A DNA stretch of 64,000 nucleotides from Eimeria praecox (Eukaryota): contig OY986948.1 in NCBI GenBank assembly GCA_963920595.1, forward strand, positions 5,332,001-5,396,000, given 5' to 3'. Shown here piece after piece: positions 10,600 to 24,700 of the stretch. The stretch's first letter is position 1; each line of letters begins with the position of its first letter. The notes below the pieces were generated by a model. That model made no database searches. It had not been told where the DNA came from and worked only from the letters and a program-made list of their open reading frames with translations. Made by a program: the position numbers and the translations under genes.

Positions 10600-12756
10600 G
10601 GCGTGACCGCGAAGGGATGTTTCGCTCTGATCTGCATAGCAGTTGCACAAAAGACCTTGGAATCGGCATCTTGTTGCGTAGCTGCTGGTTGAAACGAACA
10701 ATAACCGAACGTATAGTGCATGGAGGTCTTATGTGACAATAGTTCAGCATTTTTGTATTCGGATTAGTTGCAATTTCTAAATATGTGGATGACTTCCTTG
10801 TGCAGCTGCCGTCTCGAGGCATGGTGCTTGGAGTGCCAGGCAGCCAAGGCGGCACATGGCACCCTGGTACACGTGTGTGATATTATCTTCTGTGTCTCTA
10901 AAGAACCGCTTGACTTCCGTTGTTCTTCCACTGGCCAGCGATTTGGCGAGGGTGTCCGATGAGGACAGGTACTCTCTCTCTTCTGCACTGGCTTGCAGTT
11001 GATATCAAGTTTTGGCATGGCTAAGCTGCAGTGGGCGAATTCATCTCCGTGCGCTAATAGTAGCGTATGGTGCTAGGAGTGTATGCAGCGTTTGGCAGTT
11101 AGGTAGAGCTCTTGAGTGCGTGGGCGTGGAGGTTTGTGCATTTGGGGCACGTGTATGTACGTGCTCCAGCGTGGGCAGCGTGGCGGAGTGGTCATTAACG
11201 TTGTAGTGGGGCGCGTTTCTGTCCAGGAAGTATGGACATAATTAGGTGCTATTTGTTTGGATACGGAGGGCCTGCAGGAGCTGCCATGTGGTGTACCATC
11301 GAGTGAGGCAAATAACGCCAAATCATTTTTTTTCGAGTGCAGCTATAAGTGGGCTTAGATTTTTTCTGCTCGATGGCGCGCATGGGTGCTCATGCAAATG
11401 CATACAACGTTGTGGAGATGCAGTGTGACGGGAAGTAGGATTTCGTTTTGAACGTGTTGTGCATTCACTGAAGCATGTGTGACGTTGGGATCGCCTGGTG
11501 GTTTGGGCAGAGAGTATGTTCATGATAGGCTGCGAGGTTGCGTATATGCGGAGCGTTTGGAAACATGAAGACTGTGTAGCAGGTTTGAAGTATGGGACGC
11601 AAGTGCACTTTCTATTTGCAGTTATGAATGCTATTCCGTTAAAGGCTGGCTGTCTGGTTGCAAGCATGGGTGGAGGCGTGCAAACTGTGAAGCTGCAATG
11701 CCGGTAGAAGTGCAACTTCGTTTTATTTTGACTGCGTTCTTCTCTGATATCTAGATAGGCGTTTGACTGAGCGCTGGGATAAACAGCACTGAGGTATTGG
11801 GTTTGTGGACACCGCGTGGTATTAGAAGCGATTGTATTGAATTGGGGAGGCTGTTTTGCAGGAGCGCAAAGCGCGATGGTATGCGGTGGTAGCTCAACGA
11901 AATATGCTCTGAGGGCGTGACAGCATTAGCCCTTAGTGTGATTAGAGATGATTGTGTTTTTCTGTGGGGGCGGGAATAGTGGAGACCGGGTCGCAGCGGA
12001 GGACCACACTACGGCGCATTTAATCCGGATGGCGGTCGCACAAAAGAACGCGGAACCGATATTCATATATCGTTCGCTTTTACCCAATATCTACTGTTGC
12101 ATAGGTATTGGTTAAAACGGAAGACAGCAGGACGCCTAGTGCATGCGTGTGTTAGGCGAGAATAACATAATGCTTTTGTGTTTGGATTAGTTGCAATTTC
12201 TGAATGCATGGATGGTGTCCTTGCGCAGTTGCCGTCTCGCGGCATGGTGCTTGAAATGCCGGACACCCAAGGCGGCACACAGGGCACCCTGGCACACATG
12301 CATGATATTATCGTCTGTGTATTTAAAGACGCCTTTGATTTCTGTTGTTCGTCCATGGGCCAGCGATTCGGCGAGGGTGCCCGATGCGTCCAGGTGCCCT
12401 GGTTTGCAGTTGATATCAAGTTTTGGCATGGCTGAGCTGCAGTGGGCGAATTCAGCACCGTGCGCTAATAATAGCGTATGGTGCTAGGAGTGTATGCAGT
12501 GTTTGGCAGATAGGTAGAGCTCTTGCGTGCGTGGGCGTGGAGGTTTGTACATTTGGGGCACGTGTATGTACGTGCTCCAGCGTGGGCAGCGTGGCGGAGC
12601 GGGCTTTGGCGTTCCAAACGGATGCGTTTCTCTGCAGGAAGTATGGACATAATTAGGTGCTATTTGTTTGGATACGGAGGGCCTGCAGGAGCTACAATGC
12701 GTTTCTGAAACGGGTGATCTGCATAAATCAAAATGATCGCTGTTTGAGTGCAGCTA
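10600..12756. repeat. About 1.5 moderately diverged ~1.41-kb monomers of the long satellite family (ancestral-like)
   Basis: ggattagttgcaatttct occurs at 10761 and 12184. Paired ORFs 11012/12423 and 11246/12657 are offset by 1411. The region is colinear with the 1377-bp unit throughout. Confidence 0.9.
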
Positions 12757-15700
12757 CACGTTTCTGTCCAGGAAGTATGCACATCATTATGTGCTATTTG
12801 TTTGGATACGCAAGGCCTGCAGGAGCCCCAAAGCCTTGTATAATGGGTGAGGCACATACAGCCAAAGCATCGTTTTTTGAGTACAACTATAAGTGTGCTT
12901 AGATTTGTTTCTGCTGGACGGAACACATGGGTGCTCATGCAAGTCCACACAGATTTGTGGAGCTGGAGTGTGAGGGGAAGTATTAGTTCGTTTTGAACGT
13001 GTTTTGCATTCTCTGGAGGGGCGCCATAGAGCTGTAGATATGCATGTGGTAGACAAGATCTGGCATTACAGTCGGTGTTAGTACATGTGCGAGGCAGTAT
13101 ATGAGCGGCGCTATGGATGGTAGGTGGTGGTGGGCCCTCATTGAGATGTATGCTGAACGTCTACCTCCATTTGCGGTTGGTTTGGCTATACCTGATGGTT
13201 TTGGTTCTGGGCGGACGGGAATATTTGGGAAGGGTGCATGATGCGGCTAGGTGCAGTGGTTTGCAGTATATATCAAGTTTTGGCATGGTTGAGTTGCAGT
13301 GGGCGAACTCAGCTCTGTGTGCTAATGTGTGTGTCTGTTGCTAAGAGTATAGGCAGTGTTTGGCCGATAGGTAGAGGGCTTGCATGCTTCGAAGTCGAGG
13401 TTTGTACAGCTTATGTGCGTAGTTCATCGCAAGGGGCGTGGGGAAGGGATCTGTGGCGTTGCGATTGCGTGCTGGTTTGTGCAGAGAGTATGTTCATGAT
13501 AGGCTGCCCGGTTGCGCATATGCAGAGCGTTTGGAAAGATGACGAGTGTGTAGCCGGTTCGAAGTGCTGGAGGCAAGTGCATTTTCTACGCGCAGTAGTG
13601 AATGCTATTCTGTTTAAGGCTGTCTGGTGGCAAGCATAGGCGGGCGCGTTCAAATTGTGAAGCTGCAGTGCCGGTAGGTGTGCGTCTTCGCCTTATTTTG
13701 GCTGCGGTCTTCTCTGGCGTCTGAATGGATGGTTACCTGGGCGCTGCGATATACGACACTGCGCAATTGGGTTTGGGGGGAACGCGTAGCATTAGAATCG
13801 ATGTTAGTGAATTGGGGAGGCCGTTTTCGAGGAGCACAATACGCGTTGGTATGCGGCGGTAGCTCACTGAGACTTACGCTGAGCGCGTCAGAGCATTGGC
13901 GATTAGTCTGACTAGAGATGATGATTCTTTGCTTTGGGGGGACGTGAATAGCGGAGAGCGGGTCGCAACGCAGGACCCCTTTAGGATGGTTTGCTCTAAT
14001 GCGGATGGTGGTTGTACAAAAGCACGCGGAACCGACATCCTGTTGCACAGGTACTGATTAAAACGAACGACAGTCGAACACATTCGGCAGACGAGTGGTA
14101 AAAGTGAATGGTTTAGCACTTTTGTGTTCGGATTAGTTTCAATTTCTGCATGCGTGGATGATGTCCTTCCGCGGTTGCCGTCTCGTGGCAGGATGCTTTG
14201 CAGCACCTCTCCTTAATGCCAGGCGGCCAAGGCGTCATAGGGCACCCTGGTACACATGGGCGATATTATTTTCTGTGTGTCTTAAGAAGCGTTTGTTTTT
14301 TGTTGTTCTTCCTTCGACCAGCGATTTGGCGAGGGTGTCCGATGCGGCCACGTGCACTGGCTTGCAGTTGATATCGAGGTTTGGCATGGCTTAGCTGCAG
14401 TGGGCTAACTCATTTCTGTGTGCTAATAGGAGGATGTGCTGATAGGAGTACAGTCAGTGTTTGGCAGATAGGTAGAGGGTTTGCATGCGCGGGCGTGGAG
14501 GCTTGTACATATGCGGCACGCGCATGTACGTGCCACAGCGTGGGCAGCGTGTCGGAGCGGGCACTGGCGTTGCAATCGGGCACGTTTCTGTCCAGGAAGT
14601 ATGCACATCATTATGTGCTATTTGTTTGGATACGCAAGGCCTGCAGGAGCCCCAAAGCCTTGTATAATGGGTGAGGCACATACAGCCAAATCATCGTTTT
14701 TTGAGTACAACTATAAGTGTGCTTAGATTTATTTCTGCTGGACGGAACACATGGGTGCTCATGCAAGTCCACACAGATTTGTGGAGCTGGAGTGTGAGGG
14801 GAAGTATTAGTTCGTTTTGAACGTGTTTTGCATTCTCTGGAGGGGCGGCATAGAGCTGTAGATATGCATGTGGTAGACAAGATCTGGCATTACAGTCGGT
14901 GTTAGTACATGTGCGAGGCAGTATATGAGCGGCGCTATGGAGGGTAGGTGGTGGTGGGCCCTCATTGAGATGTATGCTGAACGTCTACCTCCATTTGCGG
15001 TTGGTTTGGCTATACCTGATGGTTTTGGTTCTGGGCGGACGGGAATATTTGGGAAGGGTGCATGATGCGGCTAGGTGCAGTGGTTTGCAGTATATATCAA
15101 GTTTTGGCATGGTTGAGTTGCAGTGGGCGAACTCAGCTCTGTGTGCTAATATGTGTGTCTGTTGCTAAGAGTATAGGCAGTGTTTGGCCGATAGGTAGAG
15201 GGCTTGCATGCTTCGAAGTCGAGGTTTGTACAGCTTATGTGCGTAGTTCATCGCAAGGGGCGTGGGGAAGGGATCTGTGGCGTTGCGATTGCGTGCTGGT
15301 TTGTGCAGAGAGTATGTTCATGATAGGCTGCCCGGTTGCGCATATGCAGAGCGTTTGGAAAGATGACGAGTGTGTAGCCGGTTCGAAGTGCTGGAGGCAA
15401 GTGCATTTTCTACGTGCAGTAGTGAATGCTATTCTGTTTAAGGCTGTCTGGTGGCAAGCATAGGCGGGCGCGTTCAAATTGTGAAGCTGCAGTGCCGGTA
15501 GATGTGCGTCTTCGCCTTATTTTGGCTGCGGTCTTCTCTGGCGTCTGAATGGATGGTTACCTGGGCGCTGCGATATACGACACTGCGCAATTGGGTTTGG
15601 GGGGAACGCGTAGCATTAGAATCGATGCTAGTGAATTGGGGAGGCCGTTTTCGAGGAGCACAATACGCGTTGGTATGCGGCGGTAGCTCACTGAGACTTA

Positions 15701-18700
15701 CGCTGAGCGCGTCAGAGCATTGGCGATTAGTCTGACTAGAGATGATGATTCTTTGCTTTGGGGGGACGTGAATAGCGGAGAGCGGGTCGCAACGCAGGAC
15801 CCCTTTAGGATGGTTTGCTCTAATGCGGATGGTGGTTGTACAAAAGCACGCGGAACCGACATCCTGTTGCACAGGTACTGATTAAAACGAACGACAGTCG
15901 AACACATTCGGCAGACGAGTGGTAAAAGTGAATGGTTTAGCACTTTTGTGTTCGGATTAGTTTCAATTTCTGCATGCGTGGATGTTGTCCTTCCGCGGTT
16001 GCCGTCTCGTGGCAGGATGCTTTGCAGCACCTCTCCTTAATGCCAGGCGGCCAAGGCGTCATAGGGCACCCTGGTACACATGGGCGATATTATTTTCTGT
16101 GTGTCTTAAGAAGCGTTTGATTTTCGTTGTTCTTCCTTCGACCAGCGATTTGGCGAGGGTGTCCGATGCGGCCACGTGCACTGGCTTGCAGTTGATATCG
16201 AGGTTTGGCATGGCTTAGCTGCAGAGGGAGAACTCATTTCTGTGTGCTAATAGGAGGATGTGCTGATAGGAGTACAGTCAGTGTCTGGCAGATAGGTAGA
16301 GGGTTTGCATGCGCGGGCGTGGAGGCTTGTACATATGCGGCACGCGCATGTACGTGCCACAGCGTGGGCAGCGTGTCGGAGCGGGCACTGGCGTTGCAAT
16401 CGGGCACGTTTCTGTCCAGGAAGTATGCACATCATTATGTGCTATTTGTTTGGATACGCAAGGCCTGCAGGAGCCCCAAAGCCTTGTATAATGGGTGAGG
16501 CACATACAGCCAAATCATCGTTTTTTGAGTACAACTATAAGTGTGCTTAGATTTATTTCTGCTGGACGGAACACATGGGTGCTCATGCAAGTCCACACAG
16601 ATTTGTGGAGCTGGAGTGTGAGGGGAAGTATTAGTTCGTTTTGAACGTGTTTTGCATTCTCTGGAGGGGCGGCATAGAGCTGTAGATATGCATGTGGTAG
16701 ACAAGATCTGGCATTACAGTCGGTGTTAGTACATGTGCGAGGCAGTATATGAGCGGCGCTATGGAGGGTAGGTGGTGGTGGGCCCTCATTGAGATGTATG
16801 CTGAACGTCTACCTCCATTTGCGGTTGGTTTGGCTATACCTGATGGTTTTGGTTCTGGGCGGACGGGAATATTTGGGAAGGGTGCATGATGCGGCTAGGT
16901 GCAGTGGTTTGCAGTATATATCAAGTTTTGGCATGGTTGAGTTGCAGTGGGCGAACTCAGCTCTGTGTGCTAATATGTGTGTCTGTTGCTAAGAGTATAG
17001 GCAGTGTTTGGCCGATAGGTAGAGGGCTTGCATGCTTCGAAGTCGAGGTTTGTACAGCTTATGTGCGTAGTTCATCGCAAGGGGCGTGGGGAAGGGATCT
17101 GTGGCGTTGCGATTGCGTGCTGGTTTGTGCAGAGAGTATGTTCATGATAGGCTGCCCGGTTGCGCATATGCAGAGCGTTTGGAAAGATGACGAGTGTGTA
17201 GCCGGTTCGAAGTGCTGGAGGCAAGTGCATTTTCTACGTGCAGTAGTGAATGCTATTCTGTTTAAGGCTGTCTGGTGGCAAGCATAGGCGGGCGCGTTCA
17301 AATTGTGAAGCTGCAGTGCCGGTAGATGTGCGTCTCCGCCTTATTTTGGCTGCGGTCTTCTCTGGCGTCTGAATGGATGGTTACCTGGGCGCTGCGATAT
17401 ACGACACTGCGCAATTGGGTTTGGGGGGAACGCGTAGCATTAGAATCGATGCTAGTGAATTGGGGAGGCCGTTTTCGAGGAGCGCAATACGCGTTGGTAT
17501 GCGGCGGTGGCTCACTGAGACTTACGCTGAGCGCGTCAGAGCATTGGCGATTAGTCTGACTAGAGATGATGATTCTTTGCTTTGGGGGGACGTGAATAGC
17601 GGAGAGCGGGTCGCAACGCAGGACCACTTTAGGATGGTTTGCTCTAATGCGGATGGTGGTTGTACAAAAGCACGCGGAACCGACATCTTGTTGCACAGGT
17701 ACTGATTAAAACGAACGACAGTCGAACGCATTCGGCAGACGAGTGGTAAAAGAGAATGGTTTAGCACTTTTGTGTTCGGATTAGTTTCAATTTCTGCATG
17801 CGTGGATGTTGTCCTTCCGCGGTTGCCGTCTCGTGGCAGGATGCTTTGCAGCACCTCTCCTTAATGCCAGGCGGCCAAGGCGTCATAGGGCACCCTGGTA
17901 CACATGGGCGATATTATTTTCTGTGTGTCTTAAGAAGCGTTTGTTTTTTGTTGTTCTTCCTTCGACCAGCGATTTGGCGAGGGTGTCCGATGCGGCCACG
18001 TGCACTGGCTTGCAGTTGATATCGAGGTTTGGCATGGCTTAGCTGCAGTGGGCTAACTCATTTCTGTGTGCTAATAGGAGGAAGTGCTGATAGGAGTACA
18101 GTCAGTGTTTGGCAGATAGGTAGAGGGTTTGCATGCGCGGGCGTGGAGGCTTGTACATATGCGGCACGCGCATGTACGTGCCACAGCGTGGGCAGCGTGT
18201 CGGAGCGGGCACTGGCGTTGCAATCGGGCACGTTTCTGTCCAGGAAGTATGCACATCATTATGTGCTATTTGTTTGGATACGCAAGGCCTGCAGGAGCCC
18301 CAAAGCCTTGTATAATGGGTGAGGCACATACAGCCAAATCATCGTTTTTTGAGTACAACTATAAGTGTGCTTAGATTTGTTTCTGCTGGACGGAACACAT
18401 GGGTGCTCATGCAAGTCCACACAGATTTGTGGAGCTGGAGTGTGAGGGGAAGTATTAGTTCGTTTTGAACGTGTTTTGCATTCTCTGGAGCGGCGCGATA
18501 GAGCTGTAGATGTGCATGTGGTAGACAAGATCTGGCATTACAGTCGGTGTTAGTACATGTGCGAGGCAGTATATGAGCGGCGCTATGGATGGTAGGTGGT
18601 GGTGGGCCCTCATTGAGATGTATGCTGAACGTCTACCTCCATTTGCGGTTGGTTTGGCTATACCTGATGGTTTTGGTTCTGGGCGGACGGGAATATTTGG

Positions 18701-21700
18701 GAAGGGTGCATGATGCGGCTAGGTGCAGTGGTTTGCAGTATATATCAAGTTTTGGCATGGTTGAGTTGCAGTGGGCGAACTCAGCTCTGTGTGCTAATAT
18801 GTGTGTCTGTTGCTAAGAGTATAGGCAGTGTTTGGCCGATAGGTAGAGGGCTTGCATGCTTCGAAGTCGAGGTTTGTACAGCTTATGTGCGTAGTTCATC
18901 GCAAGGGGCGTGGGGAAGGGATCTGTGGCGTTGCGATTGCGTGCTGGTTTGTGCAGAGAGTATGTTCATGATAGGCTGCCCGGTTGCGCATATGCAGAGC
19001 GTTTGGAAAGATGACGAGTGTGTAGCCGGTTCGAAGTGCTGGAGGCAAGTGCATTTTCTACGTGCAGTAGTGAATGCTATTCTGTTTAAGGCTGTCTGGT
19101 GGCAAGCATAGGCGGGCGCGTTCAAATTGTGAAGCTGCAGTGCCGGTAGATGTGCGTCTTCGCCTTATTTTGGCTGCGGTCTTCTCTGGCGTCTGAATGG
19201 ATGGTTACCTGGGCGCTGCGATATACGACACTGCGCAATTGGGTTTGGGGGGAACGCGTAGCATTAGAATCGATGCTAGTGAATTGGGGAGGCCGTTTTC
19301 GAGGAGCGCAATACGCGTTGGTATGCGGCGGTGGCTCACTGAGACTTACGCTGAGCGCGTCAGAGCATTGGCGATTAGTCTGACTAGAGATGATGATTCT
19401 TTGCTTTGGGGGGACGTGAATAGCGGAGAGCGGGTCGCAACGCAGGACCCCTTTAGGATGGTTTGCTCTAATGCGGATGGTGGTTGTACAAAAGCACGCG
19501 GAACCGACATCTTGTTGCGCAGGTACTGATTAAAACGAACGACAGTCGAACGCATTCGGCAGACGAGTGGTAAAAGAGAATGGTTTAGCACTTTTGTGTT
19601 CGGATTAGTTTCAATTTCTGCATGCGTGGATGTTGTCCTTCCGCGGTTGCCGTCTCGTGGCAGGATGCTTTGCAGCACCTCTCCTTAATGCCAGGCGGCC
19701 AAGGCGTCATAGGGCACCCTGGTACACATGGGCGATATTATTTTCTGTGTGTCTTAAGAAGCGTTTGTTTTTTGTTGTTCTTCCTTCGACCAGCGATTTG
19801 GCGAGGGTGTCCGATGCGGCCACGTGCACTGGCTTGCAGTTGATATCGAGGTTTGGCATGGCTTAGCTGCAGTGGGCTAACTCATTTCTGTGTGCTAATA
19901 GGAGGAAGTGCTGATAGGAGTACAGTCAGTGTTTGGCAGATAGGTAGAGGGTTTGCATGCGCGGGCGTGGAGGCTTGTACATATGCGGCACGCGCATGTA
20001 CGTGCCACAGCGTGGGCAGCGTGTCGGAGCGGGCACTGGCGTTGCAATCGGGCACGTTTCTGTCCAGGAAGTATGCACATCATTATGTGCTATTTGTTTG
20101 GATATGCAAGGCCTGCAGGAGCCCCAAAGCCTTGTATAATGGGTGAGGCACATACAGCCAAATCATCGTTTTTTGAGTACAACTATAAGTGTGCTTAGAT
20201 TTGTTTCTGCTGGACGGAACACATGGGTGCTCATGCAAGTCCACACAGATTTGTGGAGCTGGAGTGTGAGGGGAAGTATTAGTTCGTTTTGAACGTGTTT
20301 TGCATTCTCTGGAGCGGCGCCATAGAGCTGTAGATATGCATGTGGTAGACAAGATCTGGCATTACAGTCGGTGTTAGTACATGTGCGAGGCAGTATATGA
20401 GCGGCGCTATGGATGGTAGGTGGTGGTGGGCCCTCATTGAGATGTATGCTGAACGTCTACCTCCATTTGCGGTTGGTTTGGCTATACCTGATGGTTTTGG
20501 TTCTGGGCGGACGGGAATATTTGGGAAGGGTGCATGATGCGGCTAGGTGCAGTGGTTTGCAGTATATATCAAGTTTTGGCATGGTTGAGTTGCAGTGGGC
20601 GAACTCAGCTCTGTGTGCTAATATGTGTGTCTGTTGCTAAGAGTATAGGCAGTGTTTGGCCGATAGGTAGAGGGCTTGCATGCTTCGAAGTCGAGGTTTG
20701 TACAGCTTATGTGCGTAGTTCATCGCAAGGGGCGTGGGGAAGGGATCTGTGGCGTTGCGATTGCGTGCTGGTTTGTGCAGAGAGTATGTTCATGATAGGC
20801 TGCCCGGTTGCGCATATGCAGAGCTTTTGGAAAGATGACGAGTGTGTAGCCGGTTCGAAGTGCTGGAGGCAAGTGCATTTTCTACGTGCAGTAGTGAATG
20901 CTATTCTGTTTAAGGCTGTCTGGTGGCAAGCATAGGCGGGCGCGTTCAAATTGTGAAGCTGCAGTGCCGGTAGATGTGCGTCTTCGCCTTATTTTGGCTG
21001 CGGTCTTCTCTGGCGTCTGAATGGATGGTTACCTGGGCGCTGCGATATACGACACTGCGCAATTGGGTTTGGGGGGAACGCGTAGCATTAGAATCGATGC
21101 TAGTGAATTGGGGAGGCCGTTTTCGAGGAGCGCAATACGCGTTGGTATGCGGCGGTGGCTCACTGAGACTTACGCTGAGCGCGTCAGAGCATTGGCGATT
21201 AGTCTGACTAGAGATGATGATTCTTTGCTTTGGGGGGACGTGAATAGCGGAGAGCGGGTCGCAACGCAGGACCACTTTAGGATGGTTTGCTCTAATGCGG
21301 ATGGTGGTTGTACAAAAGCACGCGGAACCGACATCTTGTTGCACAGGTACTGATTAAAACGAACGACAGTCGAACGCATTCGGCAGACGAGTGGTAAAAG
21401 AGAATGGTTTAGCACTTTTGTGTTCGGATTAGTTTCAATTTCTGCATGCGTGGATGTTGTCCTTCCGCGGTTGCCGTCTCGTGGCAGGATGCTTTGCAGC
21501 ACCTCTCCTTAATGCCAGGCGGCCAAGGCGTCATAGGGCACCCTGGTACACATGGGCGATATTATTTTCTGTGTGTCTTAAGAAGCGTTTGTTTTTTGTT
21601 GTTCTTCCTTCGACCAGCGATTTGGCGAGGGTGTCCGATGCGGCCACGTGCACTGGCTTGCAGTTGATATCGAGGTTTGGCATGGCTTAGCTGCAGAGGG

Positions 21701-24700
21701 AGAACTCATTTCTGTGTGCTAATAGGAGGATGTGCTGATAGGAGTACAGTCAGTGTCTGGCAGATAGGTAGAGGGTTTGCATGCGCGGGCGTGGAGGCTT
21801 GTACATATGCGGCACGCGCATGTACGTGCCACAGCGTGGGCAGCGTGTCGGAGCGGGCACTGGCGTTGCAATCGGGCACGTTTCTGTCCAGGAAGTATGC
21901 ACATCATTATGTGCTATTTGTTTGGATATGCAAGGCCTGCAGGAGCCCCAAAGCCTTGTATAATGGGTGAGGCACATACAGCCAAATCATCGTTTTTTGA
22001 GTACAACTATAAGTGTGCTTAGATTTGTTTCTGCTGGACGGAACACATGGGTGCTCATGCAAGTCCACACAGATTTGTGGAGCTGGAGTGTGAGGGGAAG
22101 TATTAGTTCGTTTTGAACGTGTTTTGCATTCTCTGGAGCGGCGCCATAGAGCTGTAGATGTGCATGCGGTAGACAAGATCTGGCATTACAGTCGGTGTTA
22201 GTACATGTGCGAGGCAGTATATGAGCGGCGCTATGGATGGTAGGTGGTGGTGGGCCCTCATTGAGATGTATGCTGAACGTCTACCTCCATTTGCGGTTGG
22301 TTTGGCTATACCTGATGGTTTTGGTTCTGGGCGGACGGGAATATTTGGGAAGGGTGCATGATGCGGCTAGGTGCAGTGGTTTGCAGTATATATCAAGTTT
22401 TGGCATGGTTGAGTTGCAGTGGGCGAACTCAGCTCTGTGTGCTAATGTGTGTGTCTGTTGCTAAGAGTATAGGCAGTGTTTGGCCGATAGGTAGAGGGCT
22501 TGCATGCTTCGAAGTCGAGGTTTGTACAGCTTATGTGCATAGTTCATCGCAAGGGGCGTGGGGAAGGGATCTGTGGCGTTGCGATTGCGTGCTGGTTTGT
22601 GCAGAGAGTATGTTCATGATAGGCTGCCCGGTTGCGCATATGCAGAGCGTTTGGAAAGATGACGAGTGTGTAGCCGGTTCGAAGTGCTGGAGGCAAGTGC
22701 ATTTTCTACGTGCAGTAGTGAATGCTATTCTGTTTAAGGCTGTCTGGTGGCAAGCATAGGCGGGCGCGTTCAAATTGTGAAGCTGCAGTGCCGGTAGATG
22801 TGCGTCTTCGCCTTATTTTGGCTGCGGTCTTCTCTGGCGTCTGAATGGATGGTTACCTGGGCGCTGCGATATACGACACTGCGCAATTGGGTTTGGGGGG
22901 AACGCGTAGCATTAGAATCGATGCTAGTGAATTGGGGAGGCCGTTTCCGAGGAGCGCAATACGCGTTGGTATGCGGCGGTGGCTCACTGAGACTTACGCT
23001 GAGCGCGTCAGAGCATTGGCGATTAGTCTGACTAGAGATGATGATTCTTTGCTTTGGGGGGACGTGAATAGCGGAGAGCGGGTCGCAACGCAGGACCACT
23101 TTAGGATGGTTTGCTCTAATGCGGATGGTGGTTGTACAAAAGCACGCGGAACCGACATCTTGTTGCACAGGTACTGATTAAAACGAACGACAGTCGAACG
23201 CATTCGGCAGACGAGTGGTAAAAGAGAATGGTTTAGCACTTTTGTGTTCGGATTAGTTTCAATTTCTGCATGCGTGGATGTTGTCCTTCCGCGGTTGCCG
23301 TCTCGTGGCAGGATGCTTTGCAGCACCTCTCCTTAATGCCAGGCGGCCAAGGCGTCATAGGGCACCCTGGTACACATGGGCGATATTATTTTCTGTGTGT
23401 CTTAAGAAGCGTTTGTTTTTTGTTGTTCTTCCTTCGACCAGCGATTTGGCGAGGGTGTCCGATGCGGCCACGTGCACTGGCTTGCAGTTGATATCGAGGT
23501 TTGGCATGGCTTAGCTGCAGAGGGAGAACTCATTTCTGTGTGCTAATAGGAGGATGTGCTGATAGGAGTACAGTCAGTGTCTGGCAGATAGGTAGAGGGT
23601 TTGCATGCGCGGGCGTGGAGGCTTGTACATATGCGGCACGCGCATGTACGTGCCACAGCGTGGGCAGCGTGTCGGAGCGGGCACTGGCGTTGCAATCGGG
23701 CACGTTTCTGTCCAGGAAGTATGCACATCATTATGTGCTATTTGTTTGGATATGCAAGGCCTGCAGGAGCCCCAAAGCCTTGTATAATGGGTGAGGCACA
23801 TACAGCCAAATCATCGTTTTTTGAGTACAACTATAAGTGTGCTTAGATTTGTTTCTGCTGGACGGAACACATGGGTGCTCATGCAAGTCCACACAGATTT
23901 GTGGAGCTGGAGTGTGAGGGGAAGTATTAGTTCGTTTTGAACGTGTTTTGCATTCTCTGGAGCGGCGCCATAGAGCTGTAGATGTGCATGCGGTAGACAA
24001 GATCTGGCATTACAGTCGGTGTTAGTACATGTGCGAGGCAGTATATGAGCGGCGCTATGGATGGTAGGTGGTGGTGGGCCCTCATTGAGATGTATGCTGA
24101 ACGTCTACCTCCATTTGCGGTTGGTTTGGCTATACCTGATGGTTTTGGTTCTGGGCGGACGGGAATATTTGGGAAGGGTGCATGATGCGGCTAGGTGCAG
24201 TGGTTTGCAGTATATATCAAGTTTTGGCATGGTTGAGTTGCAGTGGGCGAACTCAGCTCTGTGTGCTAATGTGTGTGTCTGTTGCTAAGAGTATAGGCAG
24301 TGTTTGGCCGATAGGTAGAGGGCTTGCATGCTTCGAAGTCGAGGTTTGTACAGCTTATGTGCATAGTTCATCGCAAGGGGCGTGGGGAAGGGATCTGTGG
24401 CGTTGCGATTGCGTGCTGGTTTGTGCAGAGAGTATGTTCATGATAGGCTGCCCGGTTGCGCATATGCAGAGCGTTTGGAAAGATGACGAGTGTGTAGCCG
24501 GTTCGAAGTGCTGGAGGCAAGTGCATTTTCTACGTGCAGTAGTGAATGCTATTCTGTTTAAGGCTGTCTGGTGGCAAGCATAGGCGGGCGCGTTCAAATT
24601 GTGAAGCTGCAGTGCCGGTAGATGTGCGTCTTCGCCTTATTTTGGCTGCGGTCTTCTCTGGCGTCTGAATGGATGGTTACCTGGGCGCTGCGATATACGA

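Noticed and set aside
6110..10600. Transposon or gene in the spacer
   Set aside because: No ORF over 154 aa, and no transposase/RT motifs, terminal inverted repeats or LTR pair seen. Much of it is better explained as decayed satellite. A spliced gene cannot be fully excluded without RNA-seq.
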